NCBI GenBank assembly: GCA_054600435.1
Contig: BAAIJX010000033.1
Location: 124,001 to 188,000 of the forward strand
Reading direction: 5' to 3'
Length of the DNA stretch: 64,000 nt
Origin: Neophaeotheca triangularis
Taxonomy: Eukaryota
Part shown: positions 20,986-32,954 of the stretch, piece after piece
How positions within the stretch are numbered: the first letter of the stretch is position 1
How the letters are laid out: the number at the start of each line of letters is the position of its first letter
The notes under the pieces: generated by a model
The model's database searches: none
What the model was told of the DNA's origin: nothing
The model's input: the letters and a program-made list of their open reading frames with translations, nothing else
Translations under genes and position numbers: made by a program

Positions 20986-23166
20986 CTACTGAGCCCCCTC
21001 CATCAACACCTTAGTCCAGTCAAAAGGCCCCCAGCGCTTCCTAAAACTCTCCAGCCTCCTATCAGCCTTCTCCCACCTACCCTGGCGTTTGATGACCTCA
21101 GGCCCGAGATCCAGCATGCCGCCGATGACTTCGCGCGCGAACAAGTCGCCTTTGGGCCACCTCCTCTCGTCCTCGATGACGTGGCCCATGCCGCCGTCGA
21201 GCGTGAACCACACGTGGAAATACGGCATCTCCTTGACCATGCTCTTGCGGAAAGCCTGCTTCCCGTAGCCCGCGCGCTGCGTCAGGGCGAGCGTGTCGAT
21301 GATGGGCTTATGCTGGGACCACTGCTCGTCGGAAGCCAGGATGGATTCCTTAAAGTATGCCGCGGCGGTCTCGGCGAGGTGATGGGGCAATGGGATGGCG
21401 GTGAGAGCCGCGTGGCCTTTGCGCGTCGACATGTGTGCGGCGTTTTCGTAGAAGATGACGGATGTGTCGCGCGAGTTGTAGAAGCGCGTGAGGGACTTCA
21501 TAAAGTTACGGATTTCCTCCCACTCGTCGTCGTCGCATTCGAGCAGGTTGAGACGGTGCTGGAGGGGCACAATCATGGCGCTCGTCTTGACGAGTTCGGG
21601 TTCTGTAGGCAGGGTGAGGTAGGTGCGGGTGGCGAGGCTCACTACAGGGGCCAGTGGAGGCCGATCGGAGTCTTCTTGATAGCACAGAGGGCAGGAGTCG
21701 AGAATCTTGCGCATCTTCTGGAAGTCGCCGATGGCCGTATTGCGCAGGTTGATCTCGGACTTTGCGACTTTCTTACTGAGCTTGTTCGCGTTCTCATCCA
21801 TGTAGTCGAGGTCATTGTCAAACTTGGTATCTTTGGCGATGCGCTCGGCAAATTCACGGCCTTCGCCACCATGTTGGCCTCGAGTCCGCTTTTCATGTTT
21901 GACCATATCCTCGACACTCATGTCTTCGTTCTCTTCCACCAGGCCTCGCTCGCGCCCACGCTTGCCGGAAATTGCAGTGACCTCGCCTGACCTGTCACCC
22001 GCAAGCATGCGGTTTTCCATTTGGTTCAGGACTACGACATCTGGCTGCGCTTCTTTGGCCACTCCAGCAGAGGCTGCAATGTTGTACTCTTCTTCCAGTT
22101 GAGCGGCATTGGAGGCTTTCATCAGTTTCGCCTTCATCATCTGCGCTTTCAGCTTGTTTAATGCTGTAGCATCGAGCTGGACGGTCTTTTTGGGGGCTTC
22201 CTTCTCTTCCATAACTTCACCTTGCACCTCAGTCAAAGGCTTCGGAGAGTTGCTGCCCTCAGCGCGCTTCTCGCGGTGAATCCCAGCTTTGAGTTTGCGC
22301 TCCTCGAACAGCTCCCCGGAAGGTTTGATGGTGCCAACGTAGTCCTTGCCATACATTTTACGCCTGTCCATCTCCCGCTCTTCTTCCCTTGCATCGTCAA
22401 AGTCTCGCAGATCGCCATACGTATCAAGCGCAACATCGTCCACCGGCCTGCCCTTCTCCTCAGCTTGCCTGTAGACCGCTTTCAGCTTGGTCATCCGCCA
22501 CGAGCTGCCAGCATCGCCAAATGTGTACGAGACTTCGTGCTGTGCAGGCTCGTCTTTGACCGGAGCATCTCCCTCAGCTTCCTCGTCCGAAGCAAAATCT
22601 CTCTCCAGATCAGCCAGATGCGACTTGACCTCGCTTTGGTGGACTTTGAATTCGTGCTGGTCCTTTGCACTGACAAACTGGCTTTTTGGTTCTTCCTCTT
22701 TTCGAGGCCGTTTATACTCGACACCAAGACCTGCAGGCTCTTGCATCCAAGCATCTCTCTGCACCCTACTCGTAGAAGCGCTCTGATCTCGATTGTCCAG
22801 GATATCTTCCTCTGGCGGCGCAGTCTCTGCCTCCTTTTCTACCCATTCGTCCTCTTCATCGTCTCCATGGTCACTATCAAAAACCTTGATCTCCTCTTCG
22901 TATCTCTTTCCTTTGGGGGAGTCACTTCTTTGGCGCTTCCTTTGACGTCTCTCGCCATCGTCGTCGTCACGATCGTGCCTCCTCTTGTGCCTGCGGCTCC
23001 GATTCTTATCATTCTCGCGATCGCGCGATCGGTCCCGGTGCCTGTCGGAACGATGATGGTGCCTGTGTCGGTGCTTATGTTCTCTGTCCCCGCTGTGGCT
23101 GCGGTGTCGATGTGAACGCTCCTTGTGCCCTTGCGCAAGCTCTTTTTCAAATTCCTCGAGTCCCAT
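20986..23166 (-). CDS. CWF19: Cwf19-like spliceosome-associated protein (CwfJ C-terminal domains)
   Basis: R/H/D-rich N-terminus; GDAGSSWRMTKL, CPLC, EIRNFMKSL, PYFHVWF...GGMGHVIED, FDWTKVL. Confidence 0.9.
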   Translation of the reverse strand: MGLEEFEKELAQGHKERSHRHRSHSGDREHKHRHRHHHRSDRHRDRSRDRENDKNRSRRHKRRHDRDDDDGERRQRKRQRSDSPKGKRYEEEIKVFDSDHGDDEEDEWVEKEAETAPPEEDILDNRDQSASTSRVQRDAWMQEPAGLGVEYKRPRKEEEPKSQFVSAKDQHEFKVHQSEVKSHLADLERDFASDEEAEGDAPVKDEPAQHEVSYTFGDAGSSWRMTKLKAVYRQAEEKGRPVDDVALDTYGDLRDFDDAREEEREMDRRKMYGKDYVGTIKPSGELFEERKLKAGIHREKRAEGSNSPKPLTEVQGEVMEEKEAPKKTVQLDATALNKLKAQMMKAKLMKASNAAQLEEEYNIAASAGVAKEAQPDVVVLNQMENRMLAGDRSGEVTAISGKRGRERGLVEENEDMSVEDMVKHEKRTRGQHGGEGREFAERIAKDTKFDNDLDYMDENANKLSKKVAKSEINLRNTAIGDFQKMRKILDSCPLCYQEDSDRPPLAPVVSLATRTYLTLPTEPELVKTSAMIVPLQHRLNLLECDDDEWEEIRNFMKSLTRFYNSRDTSVIFYENAAHMSTRKGHAALTAIPLPHHLAETAAAYFKESILASDEQWSQHKPIIDTLALTQRAGYGKQAFRKSMVKEMPYFHVWFTLDGGMGHVIEDERRWPKGDLFAREVIGGMLDLGPEVIKRQGRWEKADRRLESFRKRWGPFDWTKVLMEGAQ

Positions 23167-23468
23167 GTCAGCGGCTCAGTCAGTCGTGGTCAGTCGTAAA
23201 AAATTGTGGTACACCAGTATATGCAGTGTTATTTGGAGGAAAGGGGAGCAAGCATGTGAATGCTTTGAACTTCACCGCGACTAGATGGTCAAAGCTTTCT
23301 CGAATTTGATGTCATGCTTGAGACTTCAAACACAACAAACTATGTACGGCTTTCTTCTAAACACAAACTCACAACACACGAAAACAATCAAGTGGCCGCT
23401 TCAGGAACTGCTGCGTTCGATCCCATTGCCTTGCTTGACCGCGCAAAGCACCACCAAAAACACCAGCC

Positions 23469-24701
23469 ATGTCTTCATCGTCCACTGGCGCGGCGCCAGT
23501 TGCAGTCGTGTGTATAGGCATGGCAGGCTCAGGCAAAACGACCTTTATGCAGCGCATCAACGCCCACCTCCACAGCAAACACCAAGCCTCATCCTCGACC
23601 ACGGCGCCTCCGTACGTTCTCAACCTCGATCCCGCAGTCCGCTCCGTACCTTTTGAAAGCAACATCGACATCCGCGACTCGGTAAACTACAAGGAAGTCA
23701 TGAAGCAGTACAACCTCGGTCCCAACGGCGGCATCCTCACGAGCTTGAACCTCTTCAGCACCAAAATCGACCAGGTTATGGGGTTATTGGAGAAGCGCTG
23801 TCTACCAGCCAAATCAGAGAAGGCAGCAGCTACCGCGGACCCCCTACCCGGCCACATCCTCATCGATACCCCGGGACAGATTGAAGTCTTCGTCTGGTCG
23901 GCTTCAGGCTCCATTCTGCTCTCAGCGCTGGCCTCCAGCTTCCCCACCGTCCTCGCCTATGTGATTGACACGCCGCGCACGACAGAGAACACCAGCACTT
24001 TCATGTCCAACATGCTCTACGCCATCTCCATCCTGTACAAGACGAAGCTGCCCATGATTCTCGTGTTCAACAAGACCGACGTGAAGGAGGAGACGGAGGC
24101 GGTGGAGTGGATGCGGGATTTCGATTCTTTCCAAGCCGCGCTGCGGGCCGAGGAAGAGAGCATGCAGGAGGGCAGTGGAGGCTACATGGGCAGTCTGCTC
24201 AACAGCATGTCCCTGGTGCTGGAGGAGTTTTACAACGCACTCTCCGTCGTGGGCGTGTCGTCGATGACGGGCGACGGTGTGGAGAGCTTTTTCATGGCCG
24301 TCGAGGAGAAGCGCGAGGAGTTCAACAAGGACTACAAGCCCGAGCTTGAGAGGCGGCAGAAGGAGATGGAGGCGGCCAAGGCGCAGATGCGGGAGAAGGA
24401 GGTCAGCAAGATGATGAAGGATATGCAGGTTTCGTCCAAGGCAAAGGGGACTGGCAAGTACGCTGCTGGACCTTCGTCTGAGAGCGCGGAACCGGAGACG
24501 GTCAGTGAGGCCGAGGACATGGATGAAGATGACGAGGAGCCCGAGAGCGGTGATTTGGTGGATCCTGATGAAATGGACGAGGACGAGATGGGTGCTGACG
24601 ATGGGCTCAAGGCGAGGTATGCTCAGGCTTTGAGGGATGAGGATCCCACTGGCAGCAGCAAGACGGCCGAGTACATTCGGAAAACTCAGGGTGGGCTTTG
24701 A
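23469..24701 (+). CDS. NPA3: GPN-loop GTPase 1
   Basis: [10 protein letters not shown]-loop, [20 protein letters not shown] (GPN loop), DTPGQIE, NKTD. Confidence 0.95.
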   Translation: MSSSSTGAAPVAVVCIGMAGSGKTTFMQRINAHLHSKHQASSSTTAPPYVLNLDPAVRSVPFESNIDIRDSVNYKEVMKQYNLGPNGGILTSLNLFSTKIDQVMGLLEKRCLPAKSEKAAATADPLPGHILIDTPGQIEVFVWSASGSILLSALASSFPTVLAYVIDTPRTTENTSTFMSNMLYAISILYKTKLPMILVFNKTDVKEETEAVEWMRDFDSFQAALRAEEESMQEGSGGYMGSLLNSMSLVLEEFYNALSVVGVSSMTGDGVESFFMAVEEKREEFNKDYKPELERRQKEMEAAKAQMREKEVSKMMKDMQVSSKAKGTGKYAAGPSSESAEPETVSEAEDMDEDDEEPESGDLVDPDEMDEDEMGADDGLKARYAQALRDEDPTGSSKTAEYIRKTQGGL

Positions 24702-25705
24702 GGTACACTTTGTTGCAACGAGTCGATTTAGCGAAGGCGTTTGGGCGGTGCACTGCATGTGTTGGGGAGATGCTAGATTAGCATCGAGTGTATATCAAGG
24801 AACAGGAACTTTCTATATACCCGAGGATCGATTATACCAAAAGTCTGCCATCCACCTGCCACCCTTCAGGCGCGCCAGCCGCATAATTCTTGTGTCCGCT
24901 TTGACATAAGCAGCATTAGACTTGTCCACAATGTTCGGGCTTCAGTGCTAAGATACTATCGCAATATGCTTGTTCAAGTGAAGATCGAATCAAAGTTGTA
25001 GGCGGCACAAATCCCATGTACCTCCGGCAGCGCCGGGTACCCATCCATCCATCCATCCTAGCCTGCTGACTAGTAGTTGGCCTTTCTTGACCTCGTCACT
25101 TCATCGCTGCAATACCAGACGCAAGGAAGCATTATTTCTTGAAGACAGCGGCAGAGACGAAATTGTAGCTGAAAGCGTATTTTGAACTTCATTCTTGCTG
25201 CTGATCTACGCCGCAGCTCTGCTAACCAAAAGGAAAATGGAAAAGCGCAAAGACGCCACAGCAGCGCTGCACCATTCTAGTACAACGTCAAAGAAGAAAA
25301 AATGCAGAGATAGCAAGCAACGAGCTACAAGTCGAAGCTCCTTTCCATTCGAGTGCTCTTTGGGCAATGGCCTCGTCCGTAGGTTTGGTGGGTAAAAAGA
25401 AGAAACATATGAAAGCAAGAGTTGACGCTCATCGAGAACACCGTTCTGCGCCGCCAAAACACCGTGTGTGGTAATCCAAAGAACGCCGTAATGACATTAA
25501 CTATCCACCACCCGATTCGCAGATGCAGTCATAGCGCTCCGGGCCCCTCTCACTTGCGCTCGGCAAGAGCGGAGTCGAGAGCCTCATTGGGCAGGCGGAC
25601 ATGGTTGAAGTCGAGCGAGCGACGCACGTGAGCGCGGGCGCCGTCGTCCAAGTCCGGACCGCCGGCGACTAAATAAACATTTAGCTACAGTCCCACAGGC
25701 AATGC

Positions 25706-27390
25706 TTATGAGACAGGGGTCTTCTTGCCGCTGCTGAGCTGCTTGGAAGACACGTTGTCGAGGTATTTGGGTGCCCATTTCTTGGCCCATTCGCGGAGAA
25801 CGATGGATGCTGCGAAGAATATTAGCATGTTTGTTTGTCATACATGGTAAGGAATAAATGATGATGCGCGAATGAGGGGGCATCTCACGTGGTTGGGGAA
25901 GATCCGTACCCTTGAGAAACTTCTTGCTGGCGTACTTGCGGAAGAAGGCGTCGTGGGCGACAGGAGCCGCAAGGTAGTCAACCATGAGCTTGAAGACTGG
26001 CTGGATGTCTTGCTCAGTGTAGCCGGCGTAGTAGGCAAGAGTGGCATCCCAGTCACCACGGTCGAGGACGAGACGGGCAAGGTACATGGCAGCAGCAGCG
26101 ACCTGGCTGGGTGGGTGCTTGAGGAAGCGGTGGTCGAGGCAGCCAATCTCAAGAAGGTACTTGCCAAGCGTACGGGTCTGGATATCGTAGTTGTCGGCCT
26201 TTGAAATGCGGCGAAGGAAGTTCATGGGGTTGGGGTAGGAGAGGTCGTAGTCGAGGGCAGCCAGGACGAAACGCTCGGCGCTCAAGATCTCGGTCTCGGA
26301 GAAGCCGTCGTCGGCGACGTGTCTAAAGTTTTGAACGTGTGGCGAGAGGACCTCTTCGTACTTGGAAGCAATGAACATGGCAGTGACACCGACGAGCTGG
26401 AGACGGTCGAGCTGAACCACTTTGGTGGACAGGAAGCGGTCGATGATGTTGACGGCAAGGAAGAGGGTCTCTGGTAGCAGGCGGAATCGAGTGTGGACTT
26501 CGAGCAGCCAGTCGACGAGGATGCCGCGCATCTTCCACTCGAGCTCGCTTTGGTTGTCCATGTAGTCCGCGTTGGGCATGGTGGCAATCTCGAGCTTTTG
26601 AAGATATTCAAAAATCTCGTGGACGTACTCGGCAACCATCAAAGGGTCGTCGAGGTCCTCGGAGTCGAGGTCCTTAGCCTCCTTGGACAGCTCAGCAAGC
26701 GTCTTGAACTCATCCAGAACCTCGGCGGCTTCCTCGACAGGAGCAGCGACTGTCTTCTTCTCCTTGGCAGTAACTTTCTGATCGTTTTCGGCAGGCTGGA
26801 CATTTTCGGCGTCCTCGTCATCTTCGGTATCGACTTTGCTGAGAGGCTTTGACGAAGAGGTGTTGCGCTTCTTGGCGACATTACCATTGACGCCAGAGCC
26901 GCTGGCGGGGCGCTTCAGGTCGGACGAGGCGTTGTTGCCGGTCTTCTGTCCAAGCACGGTACGCGTCGAGTTTGTGCGGGAGGGGGCCGTCTGTTTTTGC
27001 ACGCCGGCAGGCTTTGCTGTCTTGGACAAGAGGGATCCTTTGGCAGTACCCTTCTTCGCGTCACCGTTCTCCGGGTTATCGTTCTTTGCAACATTGCTGA
27101 CATCCCCAAGCGCAGCCCTCTTTCGTGCCCCAAGCGCGCCGGCAGCCGCGGTGGAGGTGGTGGTAGTGTTGGCACGCTTCGTGCCCAAAGCCTTCTTCGG
27201 TGGCTCGCCAGCAGTAGTGTCCAGAGCGGCAGCCTTTGCACGCGTTACGCGCGTGGTACCAGTGTTCTCAGCATTCTCGTCGGTCACAGTACGACGGACA
27301 GCTCGTGCCTAAGGGAGTAAGGTCAGTTGGGGTGGGACTAGAGGCGACGACGACAGGATGTGGGCATTGAGAGTGACTTACGGGAGGCAT
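25706..27390 (-). CDS. nimE: G2/M B-type cyclin (NimE/Clb-like); coding exons 27390-27382, 27308-25910, 25809-25706
   Basis: D-box RAALGDVSN; cyclin box MRGILVDWL...LLPETLFLAVNIIDRFL; both introns have GT..CTRAY..AG; spliced C-terminus KFLKASIVLREWAKK...TPVS*. Confidence 0.92.
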
Positions 27391-27486
27391 GGCGAGTGAT
27401 GGATGTCTGTTTACTGTTTATTAGAGTGAGGTGTAAGATGGGAGAGGCTTCTTCAGTCGAAGTTGAAGAGGGCCCGGACGGGTATG

Positions 27487-27552
27487 CTAGCGCGGGTGGG
27501 TCAGCTTGTTTTGGTAGATACACAATGCCTACAAAGACGCGCAGCAACTCAC
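27487..27552 (-). other. Probable 5'UTR intron of the cyclin gene (66 nt)
   Basis: GTGAGT donor at 27552, GCTGAC branch site, TAG acceptor at 27487, about 100 nt upstream of the ATG. Confidence 0.6.
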
Positions 27553-28699
27553 CAGAGAGGCGGAAATGGTACAGATGGTCGTGGCAGAAGGCGTAAGACA
27601 CGAGAGGGCCTGCTCGTGGGGAATTTTGATGGGTTGATGGTCGCGTTGTTGCCGGCTATCAACACTAACATACACGCCAAGGGTACTGTATGCTGCTGAT
27701 GGCAGGAGGAGTGTAGGAGGAAGTATAAGAACCTCGAGCAGCTCCGACAAACGTCGCAGAAGGGCGGAGCGGACTAGACTGAACCACGGGAGGTGATGAT
27801 GGGCGGCGTGGTAGCAGTTTGTTGTCGAGAGGAGCCCGAGGTGGTTGAAGCAGTATGTGGTAGCAGTAGTATGTGGTAGAGAGGTAGAGGTACTGTAAGT
27901 AGTTGGGGGCGTTTTGAGCGAGACGGGCGACGGCGCGGGAGAGGGTGCAGCAGCCAAGACAAACGGCCACAACACAGCTACAGTACCAGTACTAGTACTA
28001 CTAGTAGTACCTTACCTAGTACTACTAAAACACTCGACGCGCCTGCGAACGTGCACTAGTCGCGAATCCCACGGCCGAGCTGGAGCGACTCGTGATTCGT
28101 GAATCGTTCGTGCGTCGAGTCTTCCAATTGTTGACTGTTTTATTATTATTATGACGATGCGGACAGCCACCACTCAACAATAATAAGGTACCTTGCTACT
28201 ATGGAACTACCTTACCTTAGCGTACTTAAATTGTCACATAATAGTAGTGTTTGTTATTTTGTGAGGATTTCGAGATATAATAATACTATCTGCTACTACC
28301 AGTACTTGCATCCTCAGGCAACCACCCCAACCTCCTACTTACCTTATTACCTACTAGTAGGTACTGTAGGTACTACCTAGGTATGTAGTTTTATAACGTC
28401 GCCCGGTTGCTGCTCCAACGCGACGGGAGTACGGGTCCCATAGCTCCACAGCCACACCACACGTCCGCACGTGATCGGCTCGCTTTACTTGCTGCTGCTG
28501 CTTCGCATCCACTTCACGCTTGGCATTGGCATGAGCTTTAGCACTCCAACCACCCACTTCTCCCAAAGGCCCGAAGCGGTCATCAGCATCACGTACGCCT
28601 GATTATACTACATCATCGCCGCACGCATATTGTGCAGCTATACCGCTCGAGTTGGTGGAAGCGCCGTCTCCACCTACCCTCTTGCCCTCCCTGCACACA

Positions 28700-29864
28700 A
28701 TGCTTCAACCCCGGATACGAAGCGTTTGTACCGCTTGCCGAAATCTCCTTTCCGCTCCCTCGAGGACCTATGCCACCAAAGTCGAAGCTCCCTTTCAACC
28801 ATCGGTAGCAACCCAGGATGTCACTGCCTTTTCACCCTCCTCAGCCCCTTCTCGGAAGCAGGGCAACTTCGAGCTCAAGACCTACAAGCCACGTACCCCG
28901 GGTCTTCGACACTTGCGCCGGCCCATCAACGAGCATTTGTACAATGGAAGACCTTTTATGAAGCTCACATATGCCAAGATCGGCCATGGCAAGGGTGGTC
29001 GTAACAACAGCGGACGAGTGACGGTGAGACATAGGGGTGGCGGACACAGACGAAGAATCAGGACGGTCGACTTCATGCGGATGGACCCTGGGAAGCACAC
29101 TGTTGAGCGCATCGAATACGACCCCAACCGATCGGCTCACTTGGCCTTGTTAGAATCCAACAAGACAAAGATGAAGAGCTACATTGTTGCCGCCGAAGGC
29201 ATGAGAGCTGGAGATGTGATTGAGAGCTTTCGCTCCGGTATTCCTTCTACGCTTGTGAAAAGCATGGGTGGCGTAGTGGATCCCGGTATGTTGGCTGCAA
29301 AGACCGCCTTTAGGGGGAACTGCTTGCCTTTGAACATGGTGCCATTGGGCACTCAGGTGTACAATGTTGGTTCTACCAGTGGCAAGGGCGCAGTCTTTTG
29401 TCGATCAGCCGGCACATACGCCACAGTCATGTCCAAGGTGGAGCACGGCAAGAAGGTCAAAGAGGTCGTGGTGCGCTTGCAAAGTGGCGAAGTACGACGC
29501 GTGAGCCCAGATGCTTGCGCGACTGTTGGTGTTGCTAGCAACCCTCATTGGCACTTCAGGCAACTTGGCAAGGCTGGTAGGAGCAGATGGCTCAATATTC
29601 GGCCTACCGTGCGTGGTTTGGCAATGAACGCGGCCGATCATGCTCACGGTGGTGGTAGGGGTAAGAGTAAGGGTAACGTTGACCCAGTGTCCATTTGGGG
29701 TACTCCAGTATGTTTACAAGTAGTCTTGCTCTGTCATCGGCCAGCTGCTGACTTCCTTCCAGGCCAAATCCGGATACAAGACGAGGCACAAGCGGAACCC
29801 CAACAAGTACGTTGTACAAGAGAGAGTTCGAAACCAAGGAAAGCGGAGGACGTCGAAGAATTAG
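28700..29864 (+). CDS. RML2: Mitochondrial ribosomal protein uL2m; 2 exons (28700-29707, 29763-29864)
   Basis: GGRNNSGRVTVRHRGGGH, IEYDPNRSAHLAL, RPTVRGLAMNAADHAHGGG; intron GTATGT...GCTGAC...CAG gives WGTP-AKSGYKTR. Confidence 0.95.
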
Positions 29865-30317
29865 TGGCCGGCAAAGCGAACGCCTGTGTATATATACGAT
29901 GGGTAGTAGTGAGTACTATCTACGGTGTATTGATAAGGAGTGAACTACCTCTACAAGATACGTCTATTCTTCCCGTGGAAATCATGATTCTTTCTTGAGA
30001 CTTGAACGACGGCCATTGTGTGAAACCGAGGCCTGTCAATGGGCCCATTTGAGGACCACAGCTCGTCCAATTTCGTCTAAACGCCAGCCTGCAGATATAG
30101 CAAGCCAACTCAAAGCTGACGTCGTATTCTCGTTGATAGGCGGCAGACCTCGATCTCGTGCATTGCACTGAGTAGGTATTTATTGCATATTGTCACGTGC
30201 TGATCTGTGCCACAAGCGGGGTTGACGTCTTGACTTCCTTGACCTGCGTCCTGTTCTAGGTCTCAATCAACATCAATCCATCTCTTCAAAACAAACTCCA
30301 TCCTGCCATCAAGCAAG

Positions 30318-31454
30318 ATGGCAGCCACCGCAAATGGTAAAAGTCAGCCGTTGGTCGAGTTGCAAGTGGCTGATAGACGACCTCACGACTTCTACGTCAA
30401 CAGCAGTGGCGGCATCGATCATCAAAGAGCTCCCATCCATGGTCCTACCGGTCCTCCCTACGATGCTACCTACCGAGCTCGCCAACTCTTCGACGTGGGA
30501 ATCTTCAGAGACACTCTCGCACCCACGCTGGCCATCAATACCGGCCTGTCCATTGCCGCATACGGACTCGGTCGAGTGACAAACCGAGCAGAAGCCAAGG
30601 ACTGGCTATGGCCTACTGTGCCCGTCATTAATGCATGGTGGTCTGCTGTAGGCCGACGTATCCTCGTCCACGGCACTCCTCCATCTCGCGTACTATCAAG
30701 TCTCTCTTGGGTCGAGCGTTTACTGCTCACAGGCGTTACACTTTGGGGTGGTCGCCTTTTCTACCGCATCATCTCCCGCTCGGTTGCCCGCGATGGCGAC
30801 GACCCCCGATATGTCGAAGCTAAGAAGGACCAAGGTTTCTGGAACAAGGCTCTGTTCGGCATCTTCCTCCCCGAAGCCCTGGTAACGACGCTCGTCTCGC
30901 TACCCTTCGCCGGTCCTTTCCGCCACACCACCGGCGCCAGCATCTCCGGATACCACCCTCTCCCCCAGATGCTCGCCGTTGGGCTCTTCTCCACCGGCTT
31001 CGCCATCGAAACCCTCGCAGACGTACAGCTTGAGCAACACAAGCAGAGTTCCTCACGGTCAGGCCTTCTCCGCGAAGGTGTCTGGAGTCTCTGCCGCCAC
31101 CCCAACTACCTCGGCGACGCTTTAGTGCACGCCTCGTTCGGCCTTCTTCTCTACAGCTCGGATATGCTTGCACCTCTAGAGCTGCTTGGCCCCATCGCCA
31201 ACTACCTGTTCCTGCGATACGTGGGTGGCGACGCTCAAAACGAAGCTAGCCAGTTGGAGCGATACGAGAAGGAAAACCCAACCAAGTTCGTCGAGATGCA
31301 GCAGTATCAGAAGGAGAAGAACTCGTTCTGGCCCGCTTTGGCTGAGCTGCAAAACCCGTGGGCTTGGACTGTGCTGGGCGTTGGTGCTGCTGGTGCTTTG
31401 CTTGAGAGGGGGTTGAAGGTGCTCCATGGCGGCTTGTTTTACTCCGCCAAGTGA
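30318..31454 (+). CDS. DUF1295 / steroid 5-alpha-reductase-like membrane protein
   Basis: WGGRL...DDPRY, ETLADVQL, GVWSLCRHPNYLGD motifs; multiple hydrophobic segments. Confidence 0.9.
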   Translation: MAATANGKSQPLVELQVADRRPHDFYVNSSGGIDHQRAPIHGPTGPPYDATYRARQLFDVGIFRDTLAPTLAINTGLSIAAYGLGRVTNRAEAKDWLWPTVPVINAWWSAVGRRILVHGTPPSRVLSSLSWVERLLLTGVTLWGGRLFYRIISRSVARDGDDPRYVEAKKDQGFWNKALFGIFLPEALVTTLVSLPFAGPFRHTTGASISGYHPLPQMLAVGLFSTGFAIETLADVQLEQHKQSSSRSGLLREGVWSLCRHPNYLGDALVHASFGLLLYSSDMLAPLELLGPIANYLFLRYVGGDAQNEASQLERYEKENPTKFVEMQQYQKEKNSFWPALAELQNPWAWTVLGVGAAGALLERGLKVLHGGLFYSAK

Positions 31455-32936
31455 TTTGGTTGGATTGATTCGTATGAAAGCACTCGTTTTGTTGAGTACT
31501 TATTCCCCGTATGTAGTGATTTCAGCACTTCTCTTTGAAGCCCTAATGAACTGGCAGCGTCCTCGGTGAAGGCGATGTATAGTGAGCTTCCTACACGACA
31601 TGGTACACAACAAGCTCAGCAGTGCTGGTCGTTAGCTGTGATCGAACAGAAGCGCAAAGCCAAAACCGGCGCCAGGGAAAACCTGTTCATGACAGTGTGG
31701 CGATAGATCAAGCTTCGTCTCCGCAGATATTCCTTTTCGACGTCTTCCAAGAGAGCTGGGAGCAGCGACTCCCCAGCCTAACCTGCCACTGGCTCGCAGC
31801 TGGGGGTCAAGACGGGCTACAAGGACTCAAGTAAATGACATTCCGAGAAGACGCCAGGGACCGAGGATTGAGAGTAGGACAGTGGCATCGACACAGCGTC
31901 CTGCAAAGCGAGACCCCATCCTTCGCATCTCCCATGGGCTCTCCCGGCGATTCGGTAAGGCTTCTAGCGCTCTGCGGCGAGGCGTGAGCGTCTTTTCGCT
32001 ACTGCTTTTGTAAGGCGTGTATCAACCGATTTCCTTCAGGCAGAGGCGTGTGGCCGGGAAACTACACTGCTAGTACAAAAGGCTGAACAAAGCACAGGGT
32101 GGCTCATGAGGTGGGAGAGGCTACACGTCAAGTCAGGTGAATTGAGGCAGGTCTTTGAGATTATCCTTAGGATGTTCGGCCACAGAAAGTCTCCCTATTT
32201 GTCTATGCTTGGATACAAGGACGCTGCGATTGTACTAGGAGCCGTGGGACGGGGTGCGGGCATCCAAAGCCAGCAAGCCAATGCCTCCTTTTCCACCGGG
32301 CGATATTCAACGGTGCTTCATCGCACTCGCCTTAAGTGCGGGTACACGAGTCTCGTGCTTGCATGTCTTCGACTCCGAAAAGACATGTTTAGTGAAAGAT
32401 GGACCCTCCAGTTGGCCTTGAGCAAAGGCTGTAATCGGTCATATAGGCTAGATTATCAACATGTTCAGCCACGATGGGAGCCATGAAGGGTGCATCGCCG
32501 GCCCAAGCACTGGAAAGTTTCATTACGCCTTTGCCCAATATGCGCGATCTGGGCGTGCATACGTGCTCGTGCGACGTCCCGATTCATCTCAGGAAGGTCT
32601 ACCCATCTCAAGGAGGATTCTAGAAAGCCGGCGTCGCCATGCGAAGCTTCATGCAACAGTTTCTTCCTGCTGACTTACACACATCGCGAAGGCCCGGCGT
32701 CTTCAATGTCTTTGACGGCGATTACCACGGCCGTCTATCTGCGCCACTAAGAACTCGCACACTTACCCAACGATCTTGCACTCCCTTCATCTGGAAAGCA
32801 CTCACGACGACACGGCCGTGCTGACCCTCCATGTCTTCTTCACTACTTTACTTGAGCCATTAAAGGGGCCTGGGAGCTCCAAGTGAAGAGTGAAGAAGGT
32901 GTGCATCGCTGCTCCTTCCTCAGCACTTCACACAAA

Positions 32937-32954
32937 CCCCCCCCCCCCCCCCCC
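32937..32954. repeat. C18 homopolymer
   Basis: 18 consecutive C in the large intergenic gap. Confidence 0.95.

Noticed and set aside
20836..23115. Long plus-strand ORFs (384 aa, 297 aa) opposite CWF19, and similar shadow ORFs opposite CCH1, NPA3, the DUF3824-like gene and others
   Set aside because: Antisense shadows of GC3-biased real genes; no recognisable motifs or splice support.
25584..25909. ORF-track C-terminal extension of the cyclin (and likewise RML2 to 29998)
   Set aside because: Artefact of reading through introns with clear GT/branch/AG signals; splicing gives family-typical C-termini.
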